64,000 bases of DNA from Fibrobacterales bacterium (GTDB lineage Bacteria > Fibrobacterota > Fibrobacteria > Fibrobacterales > JAOPTW01), in the NCBI GenBank assembly GCA_051532035.1, contig JAOPTW010000047.1, positions 25,735-89,734 on the forward strand. Reading direction: 5' to 3'. A program made the translations under genes and the position numbers. The notes beneath the pieces are model-generated. The model made no database searches and was not told the DNA's origin. It worked only from the letters and a program-made list of their open reading frames with translations. Of the stretch, positions 28,708 through 38,606 are shown piece by piece (the stretch's first letter is position 1; every line of letters begins with the position of its first letter).

Positions 28708-29362
28708 TGAGCGCATCAAACATTGCGAGTAATCCTGAATAGCGGTAGTCTGCAGCAGGCTCGACATCATCACTCAGCGTCATCCAGACCGTCGTCCAGC
28801 CAAACTCCTTTGCCGTCACAATATTCTCTCGTTTGTCATCAAGAAATACAATAGGATTCTCACTATTCGGCACCACAGCATCGAGTACCTGCTGGTAAAC
28901 CTTGGGATATGGCTTCCCCGACCAATTAAAAAATTCGATGTCGAAAATATCAATAAAGAGGTCTGAAATACCAATAGCATCGAGCCCCGACTGCGCCCAA
29001 TCACGTCGTCCGTTAGTAAAAACCCACCGTCGACCGGCAATCCCACTCAAGTGCTCTCTAATTTTTATACTTTTTTGTGGCTTTTTGATATTTTCACCTG
29101 AATGAATATAATCAAAAAAATCGTGAGGATTGACCTCGTAAGTGGCCCGTAATCCATTGAGAGTTGTGCCATATTTTCGCCAGTGTGACTTCCTGAGTTC
29201 ATTGGCTTCTTTTAGGGAAATTTTCAAAAAATCGGCAATATATTGGGACATATAGACATCCATAGAGTCCAAAACATGGACCTCATCAAAGCCGTAAAGT
29301 GTTAGATCATAATCAAATAGCCAGATTGCCTTTTGATGTTTTATCAATTCTAAAAGTGTCAA
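28700..29362 (-). CDS. HAD-family pyrimidine 5'-nucleotidase
   Basis: WLFDYDLTLY, YGTTL.GL, FTNG, KP, FLDD. Confidence 0.85.
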   Translation of the reverse strand: MTLLELIKHQKAIWLFDYDLTLYGFDEVHVLDSMDVYMSQYIADFLKISLKEANELRKSHWRKYGTTLNGLRATYEVNPHDFFDYIHSGENIKKPQKSIKIREHLSGIAGRRWVFTNGRRDWAQSGLDAIGISDLFIDIFDIEFFNWSGKPYPKVYQQVLDAVVPNSENPIVFLDDKRENIVTAKEFGWTTVWMTLSDDVEPAADYRYSGLLAMFDALND

Positions 29363-29414
29363 ACTACCCCCAAGCTATAGCAAAATGAGTACTTTTTTGC
29401 TATCTTTTCCTGCC

Positions 29415-30458
29415 ATGATAAAAGAAGACATCAAGTCATTATCCAAAGATGCGCTGAAAGAATTTCTCCTTTCGCACTCAGTTAAAGCATACCGTTCAGA
29501 CCAAGTTTACTCTTGGATCTTTAAACAGTCTGTTTCAACATTTGAAGACATGGTCAACGTACCAGAAAACGTTAGAAAAATTTTATCAGAATCCTATACT
29601 CTCAGAACACTGAAAGAGAACAATCGCCAGGTATCAAGTGATGGGACCATAAAATGGACTCTTCGCACCCACGATGACAAACTTATTGAAACAGTACTCA
29701 TTCCAAGCTCCAAAAGACAATCCATCTGTATTTCTACCCAGGTTGGTTGCGCTATGGGGTGTAAGTTTTGTAGTACTGCCAAAATGGGCTTTATCAGGAA
29801 CTTAAGTGTAGGTGAAATAATAGAGCAAGTAATGTTTGTGAATGAACATCTTGCTAATAAAGGATTGGCAATAAGTAACGTCGTTTTTATGGGTATGGGT
29901 GAACCGATGAGAAACGCTGATAATGTGCAAGCTGTGGTTCAAATACTACAAGATGATAAGCTTTTTGCACTTGCTCAGAAACGCATTACTGTTTCAACAT
30001 CTGGTGTAATCTCAAAAATTTATGAGTTTGCCGACAAAGATACCCCGTGCAAGCTTGCTATTAGTCTTAATGGCACTAACAATGCGATGCGCGAGTCGAT
30101 CATGCCAATTAACAAAGGCTACCCCCTCGAGAAACTTCTCGAAGCTGTTGATTACTATATAGAGAAAACGAATAACTATATCACGTTTGAATATATCTTA
30201 ATTAAAGGCCTTACCTGTACCGAACAGGCTGCAAAAGAGCTTTTGGGCATTACCAAAGGGCGCAATGTAAAAGTAAACTGCATACCAATTAATGCAGGGA
30301 GCGATAACGGACTTCAACCGCCCTCTGAAGAAGATGTTCAGAAATTTATCAATACTGTCAATCGTGGAGGTACCTATATTATTAAACGGACTCCTCGGGG
30401 ACAAGATATTTTTGCAGCGTGCGGACAATTAGTTACACAACAACAAAAGGTTGCATAA
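29415..30458 (+). CDS. rlmN: Dual-specificity RNA methyltransferase RlmN
   Basis: CISTQVGCAMGCKFC, FMGMGEP, DIFAACGQL. Confidence 0.95.
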   Translation: MIKEDIKSLSKDALKEFLLSHSVKAYRSDQVYSWIFKQSVSTFEDMVNVPENVRKILSESYTLRTLKENNRQVSSDGTIKWTLRTHDDKLIETVLIPSSKRQSICISTQVGCAMGCKFCSTAKMGFIRNLSVGEIIEQVMFVNEHLANKGLAISNVVFMGMGEPMRNADNVQAVVQILQDDKLFALAQKRITVSTSGVISKIYEFADKDTPCKLAISLNGTNNAMRESIMPINKGYPLEKLLEAVDYYIEKTNNYITFEYILIKGLTCTEQAAKELLGITKGRNVKVNCIPINAGSDNGLQPPSEEDVQKFINTVNRGGTYIIKRTPRGQDIFAACGQLVTQQQKVA

Positions 30459-31066
30459 TGTTAACTCAAAACTTACCTGATTTTTGGGAAAAATTATATT
30501 CAGAGAAAAAAGATTCTTGGACCATTGGCGCTACAACTCCTGCACTTATTGAGTTTATGAAAGAAGACGCTTGCCCAAAAGAGGGGCGTGTACTTGTTCC
30601 TGGAGCTGGTCGCGGTAGTGATGCTATTGAATGGGCTAATCATGGATATGAGACTCTCGCTGTCGATTTTTGCCCAACAGCTGTTGATGCCCTTGATTCT
30701 TTATCTCGCATACACGAAAACTTTAAAGCGCTTGATTCCGATATTTTTGACCTGAATCCAGATGACCTCGGCCAATTTGATATGATCTTTGAATACAACA
30801 CATTCTCTGCAATACATCCTGGTCGTAGAGATGAGTATTTCGAGGTTTGGTATAAAATGCTTCGTGATGACGGTATTGTCATTGCACTCTTTTACCCCTT
30901 TACTCAAGGGAACACAATGCAAGGGCCACCACACCCGACATCAGAAGTTGAGCTCATGGCACGACTCGATGGCATTTTTGACATTGCAGACCGTATAAAA
31001 GTGAAAAGCTCTATCCCTGAACGGGAAGGACTTGAAGAGTTCTGGATTCTTAAGAAAGTTCTTTAA
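30458..31066 (+). CDS. Thiopurine/halide S-methyltransferase-family SAM-dependent methyltransferase
   Basis: FW..LY....W..G..TP, VLVPGAGRG.D, EY..F.AI.P..R, GPP; TAATG overlap with rlmN. Confidence 0.85.
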   Translation: MLTQNLPDFWEKLYSEKKDSWTIGATTPALIEFMKEDACPKEGRVLVPGAGRGSDAIEWANHGYETLAVDFCPTAVDALDSLSRIHENFKALDSDIFDLNPDDLGQFDMIFEYNTFSAIHPGRRDEYFEVWYKMLRDDGIVIALFYPFTQGNTMQGPPHPTSEVELMARLDGIFDIADRIKVKSSIPEREGLEEFWILKKVL

Positions 31067-31088
31067 TCCACCTATTTTTCTCAATCTT

Positions 31089-31124
31089 AAAAGCGACTCT
31101 CCTTAACCAAGGGGAGTCGCTTTT
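31089..31124 (+). terminator. Rho-independent terminator
   Basis: aaaagcgactctcctt-aacc-aaggggagtcgctttt. Confidence 0.85.
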
Positions 31125-31235
31125 GTATATATCTTAAATTTCTACGGCATCTTTATTTGATTAATAATATATTTAGGATACCTCAAAATTTTGTAAAATT
31201 GGCCTTATTGCCTTTTTTAAGTCAAAAAAGAGAAT

Positions 31236-31808
31236 ATGAAACCAACAAATAGTACTTTTGCTAAATCGTTTCCCTATATGCTGCTTAATTTTTTACCAAA
31301 GCGGTACGTAAAAAGTATTCTCTTTAAAAGAACAGGCCTAAAATCTCAACCGGTTCAATTTGGTGGTAAAGGTACCTACAATTCAATACTGGTCATTGCA
31401 CCTCATGATCCAAGTAGACTGAGTCGCCTCTCCCCTTTTGTTAATCAACTTATACAAGAAGTTGGCTCTAACAAAGTTCATATTCTATGTGCTCAGGAGC
31501 AAAAAGACATCGTTCAATCACTCAAGGTGGAACTCATCACCCTCCCCCTTGAACATTTCAAGTATGGAGACAAACGATTCAAAGCAATTGCGGCTCATAT
31601 CCGTAAAAGCGCACACGACTTAGTAATCTATCTAGAAAATAGTGAATCATACCCTAAGCTCTTTCTCAGTTGTGTGAGTGGCGCTGAATACAGGGTTGGT
31701 ATTAATTGTGAGAAGCTCACTCCCTTCTTAAACATTAGTCTAAATTTAAAGAGTGATAGTGAGTTTAACACGCTCTTTACCCAGCTGAAAATGCACGTAG
31801 GGATTTAG
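31236..31808 (+). CDS. Hypothetical protein resembling a single GT9-like N-terminal domain
   Basis: ILVI, HDLVIYL and SGAEYRVG patterns. Confidence 0.5.
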   Translation: MKPTNSTFAKSFPYMLLNFLPKRYVKSILFKRTGLKSQPVQFGGKGTYNSILVIAPHDPSRLSRLSPFVNQLIQEVGSNKVHILCAQEQKDIVQSLKVELITLPLEHFKYGDKRFKAIAAHIRKSAHDLVIYLENSESYPKLFLSCVSGAEYRVGINCEKLTPFLNISLNLKSDSEFNTLFTQLKMHVGI

Positions 31809-31813
31809 ATTTA

Positions 31814-32695
31814 ATGGCAACAAACTACAGAAAAAAACGAGCACGACGAAATCAGCTCCCTCGAGACTATGCAGATTTGCATATGCACTCAACCCTTTCT
31901 GATGGTGCATTTAGCCCTCATGCTTTAATAGATTTTGCAAAACAGAAAAACCTCAAGGCTATTTCAATAACAGATCATGACAATTTTGAGAGTATTAATG
32001 TCGTTGCTGCCTACGCTGCAGAAAATGGTGTTGACTTAATTTCTGGAACAGAATTAACAGCAGTAATGGATGCACAAGACATACATATACTTGCCTATTT
32101 TTTTGATCATACCAACTTACCGCTCAATATGGCAATTCAAGAACAATTAAAAATCAGACAATCCCGAACACGAGCGATATTAAAAAAACTTCAGACCCAT
32201 GGAATCGATATATCCTATGAACGGGTTGTTAAAAATGCTAATGGCGGTGTTCTTGGACGCCCACACATTGCCCAAGCAATGGTGCAAGAGGAGTATGTTT
32301 CGAACTTCTCAGAAGCCTTTTCTAAATACCTTGGAGACAATGGTGCAGCATTTGTTGAACGCCGTGGTCACAATCCAGAACAAATTATCACTATCATTAA
32401 AAATGCAGGTGGAGTCCCCGTACTTGCACACCCCTACGCATCAAAATGTGATGACATTATACCACACCTCAAAGAGGTTGGTCTTGTAGGAATAGAGACG
32501 TATAGTCACCTACAAAAAGGTCCCATTAACAGAAAGTACAAAGAAATTGCCACCAAATATGATCTCGTAGAATCTGGTGGATCTGACTTTCATTCATTTG
32601 AATCAGGTTGTGACATAGGCTCACTCAAGATGCCCTATGAGGTTGTTGAAAATCTAAAAGATAGACTGGATCGCGATAAAGCGGAGTGGTTCTAA
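31814..32695 (+). CDS. PHP-domain phosphoesterase (TrpH/YciV-like)
   Basis: DLHMHS..SDG, ITDHD, GRPHIA, AHP, GGSDFH. Confidence 0.92.
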   Translation: MATNYRKKRARRNQLPRDYADLHMHSTLSDGAFSPHALIDFAKQKNLKAISITDHDNFESINVVAAYAAENGVDLISGTELTAVMDAQDIHILAYFFDHTNLPLNMAIQEQLKIRQSRTRAILKKLQTHGIDISYERVVKNANGGVLGRPHIAQAMVQEEYVSNFSEAFSKYLGDNGAAFVERRGHNPEQIITIIKNAGGVPVLAHPYASKCDDIIPHLKEVGLVGIETYSHLQKGPINRKYKEIATKYDLVESGGSDFHSFESGCDIGSLKMPYEVVENLKDRLDRDKAEWF

Positions 32696-32715
32696 AAAAA
32701 GAACTCGTACGAGGG

Positions 32716-33789
32716 CTAGTTTTGAACCTCATACATACCATTACGCTCTACAGGGCTCAACCCTTCATCCTTAATCATATTTTCAAGCTTAGAGACCGTC
32801 ATACCAGTCCCACACCGTGCGCCAGCAGCGTTGGTGATTTTTTCTTCCATAATGGTTCCATCAAGATCCGAAGCACCGCAGTGCAGGGATTTTCGTGCAG
32901 TATCAATACCTACTTGCATCCAGTAGGCTTTAATGTGAGGAACATTATGAAGATAAATTCGTGCAACAGCTATGGTTTTTAGAATATCCTCTTCAGAAGT
33001 CATCTGACTCACCTTTTTTCCAAGACGTGTATTATCGGGATGAAATACAAGAGGAATGAAAGCGAAGAAACCAGCGGTTTCGGACTGTAAATTACGAATA
33101 TATTCCATGTGTACAACACGATCACTGAATGACTCTATATGACCAAAGAGCATGGTAGCATTTGAAAAGAGCCCCAGTTTATGCGCTGCTTTATGAACCG
33201 CAATCCACTCATCAGTCGACTCTTTTCCCTTACAAATTTTGTTACGCATTTCAGGTTCTAAGATCTCGGCGCCACCACCAGTCAATGATTGAAGACCGCA
33301 CTCTTGAAGTTCAGTAAGGACCGCCTCTACTGCCTTACCTGATATCGTACTGAAATGAAGAATCTCGATTGCCGTAAAAGCCTTAAGTATCACCTCTGGA
33401 AATAACTTCTTAAGCGTTCCGATCATAGTTGGATAGAAACTATAATCGTGATCAGGATGTAATCCACCAACAATGTGGAGCTCTTGTGCCCCTCGTTCGA
33501 CCGCTTCACGTGCTTTTTCGCAAATTTCATCAAGGGTCCACTCATAGGCTCCTTCATCTCCTTTACGGATTTTAGAGAATGCACAAAATGAACAGCTTTT
33601 AATACAGATATTAGTGTAGTTTATTTGACGATTATTTACCCAATAAACTGAGTCGTGATGTTTCTGACGTTTTACCGAATCTGCTAATTGATACAGGGTG
33701 TCTTCCGAGACCTCGGTAAAGAGATAGAGTGCCTCTTCATTAGTGATAGGGGTACCAGTATCGCATTTTGTACGGATCGACTCGAGCAT
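32716..33789 (-). CDS. mqnE: Aminofutalosine synthase (CofH/MqnE radical SAM)
   Basis: INYTNIC...CSFCAF, ELHIVGGLHP, GGGAEI, NATMLFGHIE, PHIKAYW. Confidence 0.85.
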   Translation of the reverse strand: MLESIRTKCDTGTPITNEEALYLFTEVSEDTLYQLADSVKRQKHHDSVYWVNNRQINYTNICIKSCSFCAFSKIRKGDEGAYEWTLDEICEKAREAVERGAQELHIVGGLHPDHDYSFYPTMIGTLKKLFPEVILKAFTAIEILHFSTISGKAVEAVLTELQECGLQSLTGGGAEILEPEMRNKICKGKESTDEWIAVHKAAHKLGLFSNATMLFGHIESFSDRVVHMEYIRNLQSETAGFFAFIPLVFHPDNTRLGKKVSQMTSEEDILKTIAVARIYLHNVPHIKAYWMQVGIDTARKSLHCGASDLDGTIMEEKITNAAGARCGTGMTVSKLENMIKDEGLSPVERNGMYEVQN

Positions 33790-33904
33790 AGTTCTAAACC
33801 TGTATAAACTTAAGTTGCAAGGGGTTACAAAGATAATTAATTCGGGTCTTATGGGCCGTAAATAGTTACATTTTGAACATACTTGTACCGAAACACAGCG
33901 AACT

Positions 33905-34504
33905 ATGGATCACAACTGGATTGACATTATCTGCCTTGGCGCACTCACCTTTTTTTTGGTGACTGGAATTTGGAAGGGCTTTATCAAGGCACTCTTTGGC
34001 CTCGCATCAATTGTTGCCGGAGCTCTATCTGCCTTCTCATTCACCGAACAAGGTGTCGCTCTCGTTACTAATATCTACCCAGATACTCCGGGGTTTACTC
34101 CCGTTATCGTAGCGGTCTTAATTTTTATACTCTCACTTATCGTTGTTCAGTATACAGGTAAGTACATCAACACCCTTATCAATGCAACACCTCTTAATAT
34201 GGCAAACCGACTTTCAGGAGGTGCACTGGGGATTATTAAAACTTACATATTTGCTATAGTTCTCTTTGGAGTACTCGAATATCTCGCGCCACTCAATGGC
34301 TCTCTCTTTGATTCCCTCAATGAGTCTGATGGCTACGCCGTATATACTAATCTTCCCTTTACCCCTGAAGATCTCTATGCGTATCCTGCCGAAACAGAAG
34401 TGGGAAAAAAGATTTCTGAGTCAGTTTCTGACCTCAAAGAGCGTGATGCTATCAAAAAAATTACCCACGCCAATGAAACCCTGGATAAGCTCCAAGAGTT
34501 TTAG
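33905..34504 (+). CDS. cvpA: CvpA (colicin V production) family membrane protein
   Basis: NWIDII, G..KGFI, NRL.GG.LG..K. Confidence 0.85.
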   Translation: MDHNWIDIICLGALTFFLVTGIWKGFIKALFGLASIVAGALSAFSFTEQGVALVTNIYPDTPGFTPVIVAVLIFILSLIVVQYTGKYINTLINATPLNMANRLSGGALGIIKTYIFAIVLFGVLEYLAPLNGSLFDSLNESDGYAVYTNLPFTPEDLYAYPAETEVGKKISESVSDLKERDAIKKITHANETLDKLQEF

Positions 34505-34570
34505 TATTTTGCCCTATTAGGGGTATATTTAATAAAATAGAGAAATTACACCCTCATTTTACGAATTCTT

Positions 34571-34599
34571 TTTACAAACAATTTACAATTGAGTATAAT
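34571..34599 (+). promoter_or_regulatory. Sigma70 promoter of the M23 peptidase gene
   Basis: TTTACA-N17-TATAAT. Confidence 0.7.
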
Positions 34600-34658
34600 T
34601 GAGTATCAGATTTATAGTGTTTTACCTATTTTAATACGACTAAGGGAATCTTTACAGA

Positions 34659-35579
34659 ATGTTAGACAGGAAACTTTTGATAAATCTAAGATTAAATAGT
34701 AATAAGACTCACCATTTTGCAATTCCTAGCATCATTGTTTCGTCCTTTTCACTACTCAAGAAAGTCGCAATTGTCGGGCTCTTACTTTTTGTTGCACAGA
34801 TGGGAAGCCTCGCCTACCATCAAATTCACCTCCATCAATTGGTGAAAATTAAAATAAGCAACATAGATAAAACCAAACTACTCAACGCTGAACTTGATGG
34901 CTACATAAAAACAGTAGCCCAACTCTCACACGATGACAACAGCCTTCGCGAAAAATATAATTTTAAAACGATCGACCCAGAAATCAGACTCCTCGGTATT
35001 GGTGGACCCGTCGATCACGATTCAGCAATGATCAACCTCACCTTCCCTGCACTTAAGCTCAACAATTCTGTTCATTCAAAGATGAGCTACCTCGAACGAC
35101 AAGCAGAAGTTCAAGTAGAAAATTTTCAGGAACTCCAAAAACATCTTGAACGTAAAATTGATTCATGGCGTTATATCCCTTCAATACGTCCTACCTATGG
35201 GAGAAATGCTTCATCCTTTGGAATGCGAATACATCCGGTTACCAATGAGTACCGCCTTCATGAAGGAATGGATATTGCAAACAAACCTTGGACTCCAATC
35301 ATTTCACCTGCAGACGGTGTTATAAAACGTTCTCGGGTTGGAAAATACTTCGGCAACTATATTGTTATTGATCACGGTAATGGGATTGAAAGTGTCTATG
35401 GGCACCTAAATAAAAGTGACGTGAAAGAAGGTCAGTTTATTTCACGAGGTAAAGTACTCGGCTACATGGGTAAAACCGGTAGAACTACGGGAACACACCT
35501 CCATTATGAAATTCATAAAAATGGTCGTCCTCTTAATCCTGAACGCTATATTCATCCTAAAGAGTATTCAGTAGATTAA
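34659..35579 (+). CDS. M23 (LytM) peptidoglycan peptidase with an intact active site
   Basis: HEGMD, YGHL and HLHYE after a TM and a coiled coil. Confidence 0.92.
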   Translation: MLDRKLLINLRLNSNKTHHFAIPSIIVSSFSLLKKVAIVGLLLFVAQMGSLAYHQIHLHQLVKIKISNIDKTKLLNAELDGYIKTVAQLSHDDNSLREKYNFKTIDPEIRLLGIGGPVDHDSAMINLTFPALKLNNSVHSKMSYLERQAEVQVENFQELQKHLERKIDSWRYIPSIRPTYGRNASSFGMRIHPVTNEYRLHEGMDIANKPWTPIISPADGVIKRSRVGKYFGNYIVIDHGNGIESVYGHLNKSDVKEGQFISRGKVLGYMGKTGRTTGTHLHYEIHKNGRPLNPERYIHPKEYSVD

Positions 35580-35584
35580 TCGTT

Positions 35585-36571
35585 GTGAATCACATGATAG
35601 CACAGTTACTATCGAATAAAGTTCAAAGGTCATGTATGGCCTTTTTTTGTATCTATACTACTCTCTTTGCCGACATGATGCACCCTACAGTCTCAATAAA
35701 GCTTGGCGGTGGATATCAACGTCAGGAGCCTACAGAACTCAATCGTGCAACCGCCCTTCTCTCAAAAAAAATTAACAACCTAGATATGGGAGTCACCGAC
35801 TTTTCAATGGGGGCCTTTAGCCACTCGTTTTATGGAACCTCAGAGGTACTTTACCATTTTTCTCCCTTTGCACACTCAGCTCATATAGTAGCCGGAATAG
35901 GTATCGACTACTGGAGTGCATCATTCAGTCAAGCAAACACCTTTTTTAGTGACACTGACAACAACACATTTTCCAGCACCCTCTGTAATGATGCCCTCAC
36001 GATAACATCGGGAGGGAACGGTGTCAGCGGCTGTTTTAATGCAAGCCAACACTACACCTTTGTCCCGCTCTGGTTTTCAACAGGTTACCGCTACTCTTTT
36101 ATGGATATAGTTTCAGTGACCCTCTCAGGGAACATCGGTATACTTATTGGAAACAGTGAACTCACTATTGAAGAGTATACCCTTCCGGCAGTTGACGCCC
36201 CAGCGCAAAAAAACACCCTCTCTTTTTCACTCGATCCAGGCCTTAATCCTATCTATAAAATCAAAACAGATTTCGAGATACATCCCTTTTCCTTATTTGG
36301 TATTTCTCTCTCAATGGGGTATCAATGGATAGTATTAGATCACTTTACCACAACCCACGTTTCGGGGACATCTCAAATTTTTGACCTCGCACTAGGCAAA
36401 CCCCTCACCAATGAACAGACCCTCTATATCAAAGAGTACCGCAACCTTAGCAGTACCTTTGACGAATTCACCTTACTTACTGATGAGCAGAAGGGGAGTG
36501 CACTCCTCAATACTGTTTCTGGCAATTTTAGTGGTCTGTTTATCAATATCGCTCTTGTAGTATCTCTCTAA
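35585..36571 (+). CDS. Hypothetical outer-membrane beta-barrel protein
   Basis: Alternating amphipathic strands, terminal NFSGLFINIALVVSL; start uncertain. Confidence 0.55.
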   Translation: MNHMIAQLLSNKVQRSCMAFFCIYTTLFADMMHPTVSIKLGGGYQRQEPTELNRATALLSKKINNLDMGVTDFSMGAFSHSFYGTSEVLYHFSPFAHSAHIVAGIGIDYWSASFSQANTFFSDTDNNTFSSTLCNDALTITSGGNGVSGCFNASQHYTFVPLWFSTGYRYSFMDIVSVTLSGNIGILIGNSELTIEEYTLPAVDAPAQKNTLSFSLDPGLNPIYKIKTDFEIHPFSLFGISLSMGYQWIVLDHFTTTHVSGTSQIFDLALGKPLTNEQTLYIKEYRNLSSTFDEFTLLTDEQKGSALLNTVSGNFSGLFINIALVVSL

Positions 36572-36639
36572 AAAAGATCGAATTCTCTTCTCCCTCATGC
36601 AAGATCTACTATATTGTTGAGGGTACCTCTGGAGATTTT

Positions 36640-37692
36640 ATGAAACTGATACTGGCACTATCCACTGCACTCTTAGTACTTAATGGATGTCTTTTTTCTG
36701 ATGACAGCGCGTCGCCACCCAAAACCAATAAACAATTGCAAACACTCAATGCCGCACTTCCTCAGGATACCCTCCGCGTTGCGAGTCTCAATATGGCTAT
36801 TGGTTTTAATCTTCTCACACTTATTGGTGTAACCAATATGGAACACCTCTATACCAAAATTCAGACAGTCTATGCAGAGTATGATTCAAGTATGGCTAGT
36901 GCCCGTATTGGCATCATGGCAGACTCAATACTCCACTACAGCCCTGATGTTGTTGCCCTTCAGGAGGTGCTCTACTTTGAGCGTCATGGAATAGACACTA
37001 CCGATTTTCTCAATCAACTTTTAGATTCTCTCAATGCGAAAAACCCCAATACTCCATATAGCGCTACGATACATCAACTGAACCCTGTTGCTTTCGACAC
37101 CATAGCCTTTGATACCATCCCTCTCAAATTCATGTTTGCTGAGGGCAATGCCTTTCTCTATAAACAGAGCCTGAGTAAAATCCAAGAAGACACATTCTCA
37201 CTCCCTACGCGCCTCGAATTCCCTTATTTAAATACCACCTTGACCTCTATTAGAGCTGTACATCAAGCAACCTTTCAAAAGGGGGGTGGCCCTACGTGGC
37301 AACTGAACAACACACACTTTGAGGTTTTTAACAACGCCCCCCAAGCAGAAGAGCTGCTTCTCTTTCTCGATAGTAGTTATAGCTTGAGTTCACCACAATT
37401 GGTATTGGGGGACCTCAATTCAAAACCTGGTGATGTTGCTTATGCATTATTAACGAATGACGACGGCTTCTTTGACCTTTGGGAACCCATTACTACAAAC
37501 AAGGCAACTTATGGTATTGACCTTAGAGACCCTACCTCGACACTTACTGAGCAACTCGACTATGTTCTTGGACGGAATTATCTTACGAGCGTAAACCACT
37601 CCATACACCCACTTGGACCAGAAAATGTTGACGGTATATCACTCTCTGCTGCGGACCACGCCTTTATTCTTGTGGATGTTATCGCACAATAA
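36640..37692 (+). CDS. Endonuclease/exonuclease/phosphatase-family lipoprotein
   Basis: Lipobox LNGC; SLN, PDVVALQE, NTH, GDLN, LDY, DH. Confidence 0.88.
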   Translation: MKLILALSTALLVLNGCLFSDDSASPPKTNKQLQTLNAALPQDTLRVASLNMAIGFNLLTLIGVTNMEHLYTKIQTVYAEYDSSMASARIGIMADSILHYSPDVVALQEVLYFERHGIDTTDFLNQLLDSLNAKNPNTPYSATIHQLNPVAFDTIAFDTIPLKFMFAEGNAFLYKQSLSKIQEDTFSLPTRLEFPYLNTTLTSIRAVHQATFQKGGGPTWQLNNTHFEVFNNAPQAEELLLFLDSSYSLSSPQLVLGDLNSKPGDVAYALLTNDDGFFDLWEPITTNKATYGIDLRDPTSTLTEQLDYVLGRNYLTSVNHSIHPLGPENVDGISLSAADHAFILVDVIAQ

Positions 37693-37790
37693 TATGCCCT
37701 TCATTATTCTCTCTTGAGCTTTAATTCATAAGAAAATAGAAAATTGTTGATACAGGGTTACAGAACTCTCTTCATCATCGTTTAATAAGC

Positions 37791-38606
37791 ATGATGAAAA
37801 AAATTATCACCCTTATACTTTATTTGAGCTGCGCACAGACCTTTGCGGAGAGTAACCTCTATATATCTGAGATATATCCCGCCCCTTTAGCCGATCAACC
37901 TGAATGGTTTGAGCTTACCAACACAAGTCAACACTCAATCCCCTTAGCCTCTCTCACCCTTCTGCCCTCGCCTCAAAAAGGACGTGCTCCCTATTCTCTG
38001 GTAGAGCCAAACTCAAAAAAAAATATTAACGCTATGGAGCAGTGTATTATTACTCAGGATTCACTCACCTTCAAAGAGGTGTATGGCACTCTGCGGCTCT
38101 GCATTATTCAACCCCCCAAATGGTACACCCTCTCAAATAGCGGAGGTTCATTTTCGATAAGTACTCCCTCCGAATTAATTATTGACTCTATAACCTGGAA
38201 TGCTTCTCAGGTATCATCAGGAACAGCTCTCACCCGGCATTCTCCCTTGAGTGATGATTGGAACAGCACGCCTCATTTTGAAAATGGCACACCTGGGGCC
38301 CTTATATCAAGTGACACCCTGAGTAATTCATTTTTCTTACATAACCGCAGTTGTAAAATACACTCTCCAGAAAAATGCATTACAGGCACACTCACTCTTA
38401 AATATGGTGATCACTTCCGTTGGCAAGTATTTGATCTTTCAGGGTATCGCGTCATGGAAGCCAATACAGACCAGAGTGGCACCACCCAGCTCCAATGGAA
38501 TGGCGAACATTCACATGGACAATTATGCCACCCAGGGCTCTATCTACTCACAAGTCAGTTTAATGATGACCTTCTGACTAAAACCACAATTGTTCTACAG
38601 CCATGA
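37791..38606 (+). CDS. Lamin-tail-domain protein with a C-terminal FlgD-Ig / T9SS CTD-like domain
   Basis: ISEIY..P....EWFEL.N, LSNSG, GTPG; VFDLSG..V, WNG....G....PGLY. Confidence 0.8.
   Translation: MMKKIITLILYLSCAQTFAESNLYISEIYPAPLADQPEWFELTNTSQHSIPLASLTLLPSPQKGRAPYSLVEPNSKKNINAMEQCIITQDSLTFKEVYGTLRLCIIQPPKWYTLSNSGGSFSISTPSELIIDSITWNASQVSSGTALTRHSPLSDDWNSTPHFENGTPGALISSDTLSNSFFLHNRSCKIHSPEKCITGTLTLKYGDHFRWQVFDLSGYRVMEANTDQSGTTQLQWNGEHSHGQLCHPGLYLLTSQFNDDLLTKTTIVLQP

Noticed and set aside
34571..34587. TGTAAA-N5-TGTAAA (WalR-like box) upstream of an M23 peptidase
   Set aside because: WalR is a Firmicutes regulator and this is a lipid-A-producing organism; the first half-site is simply the -35 of a good sigma70 promoter
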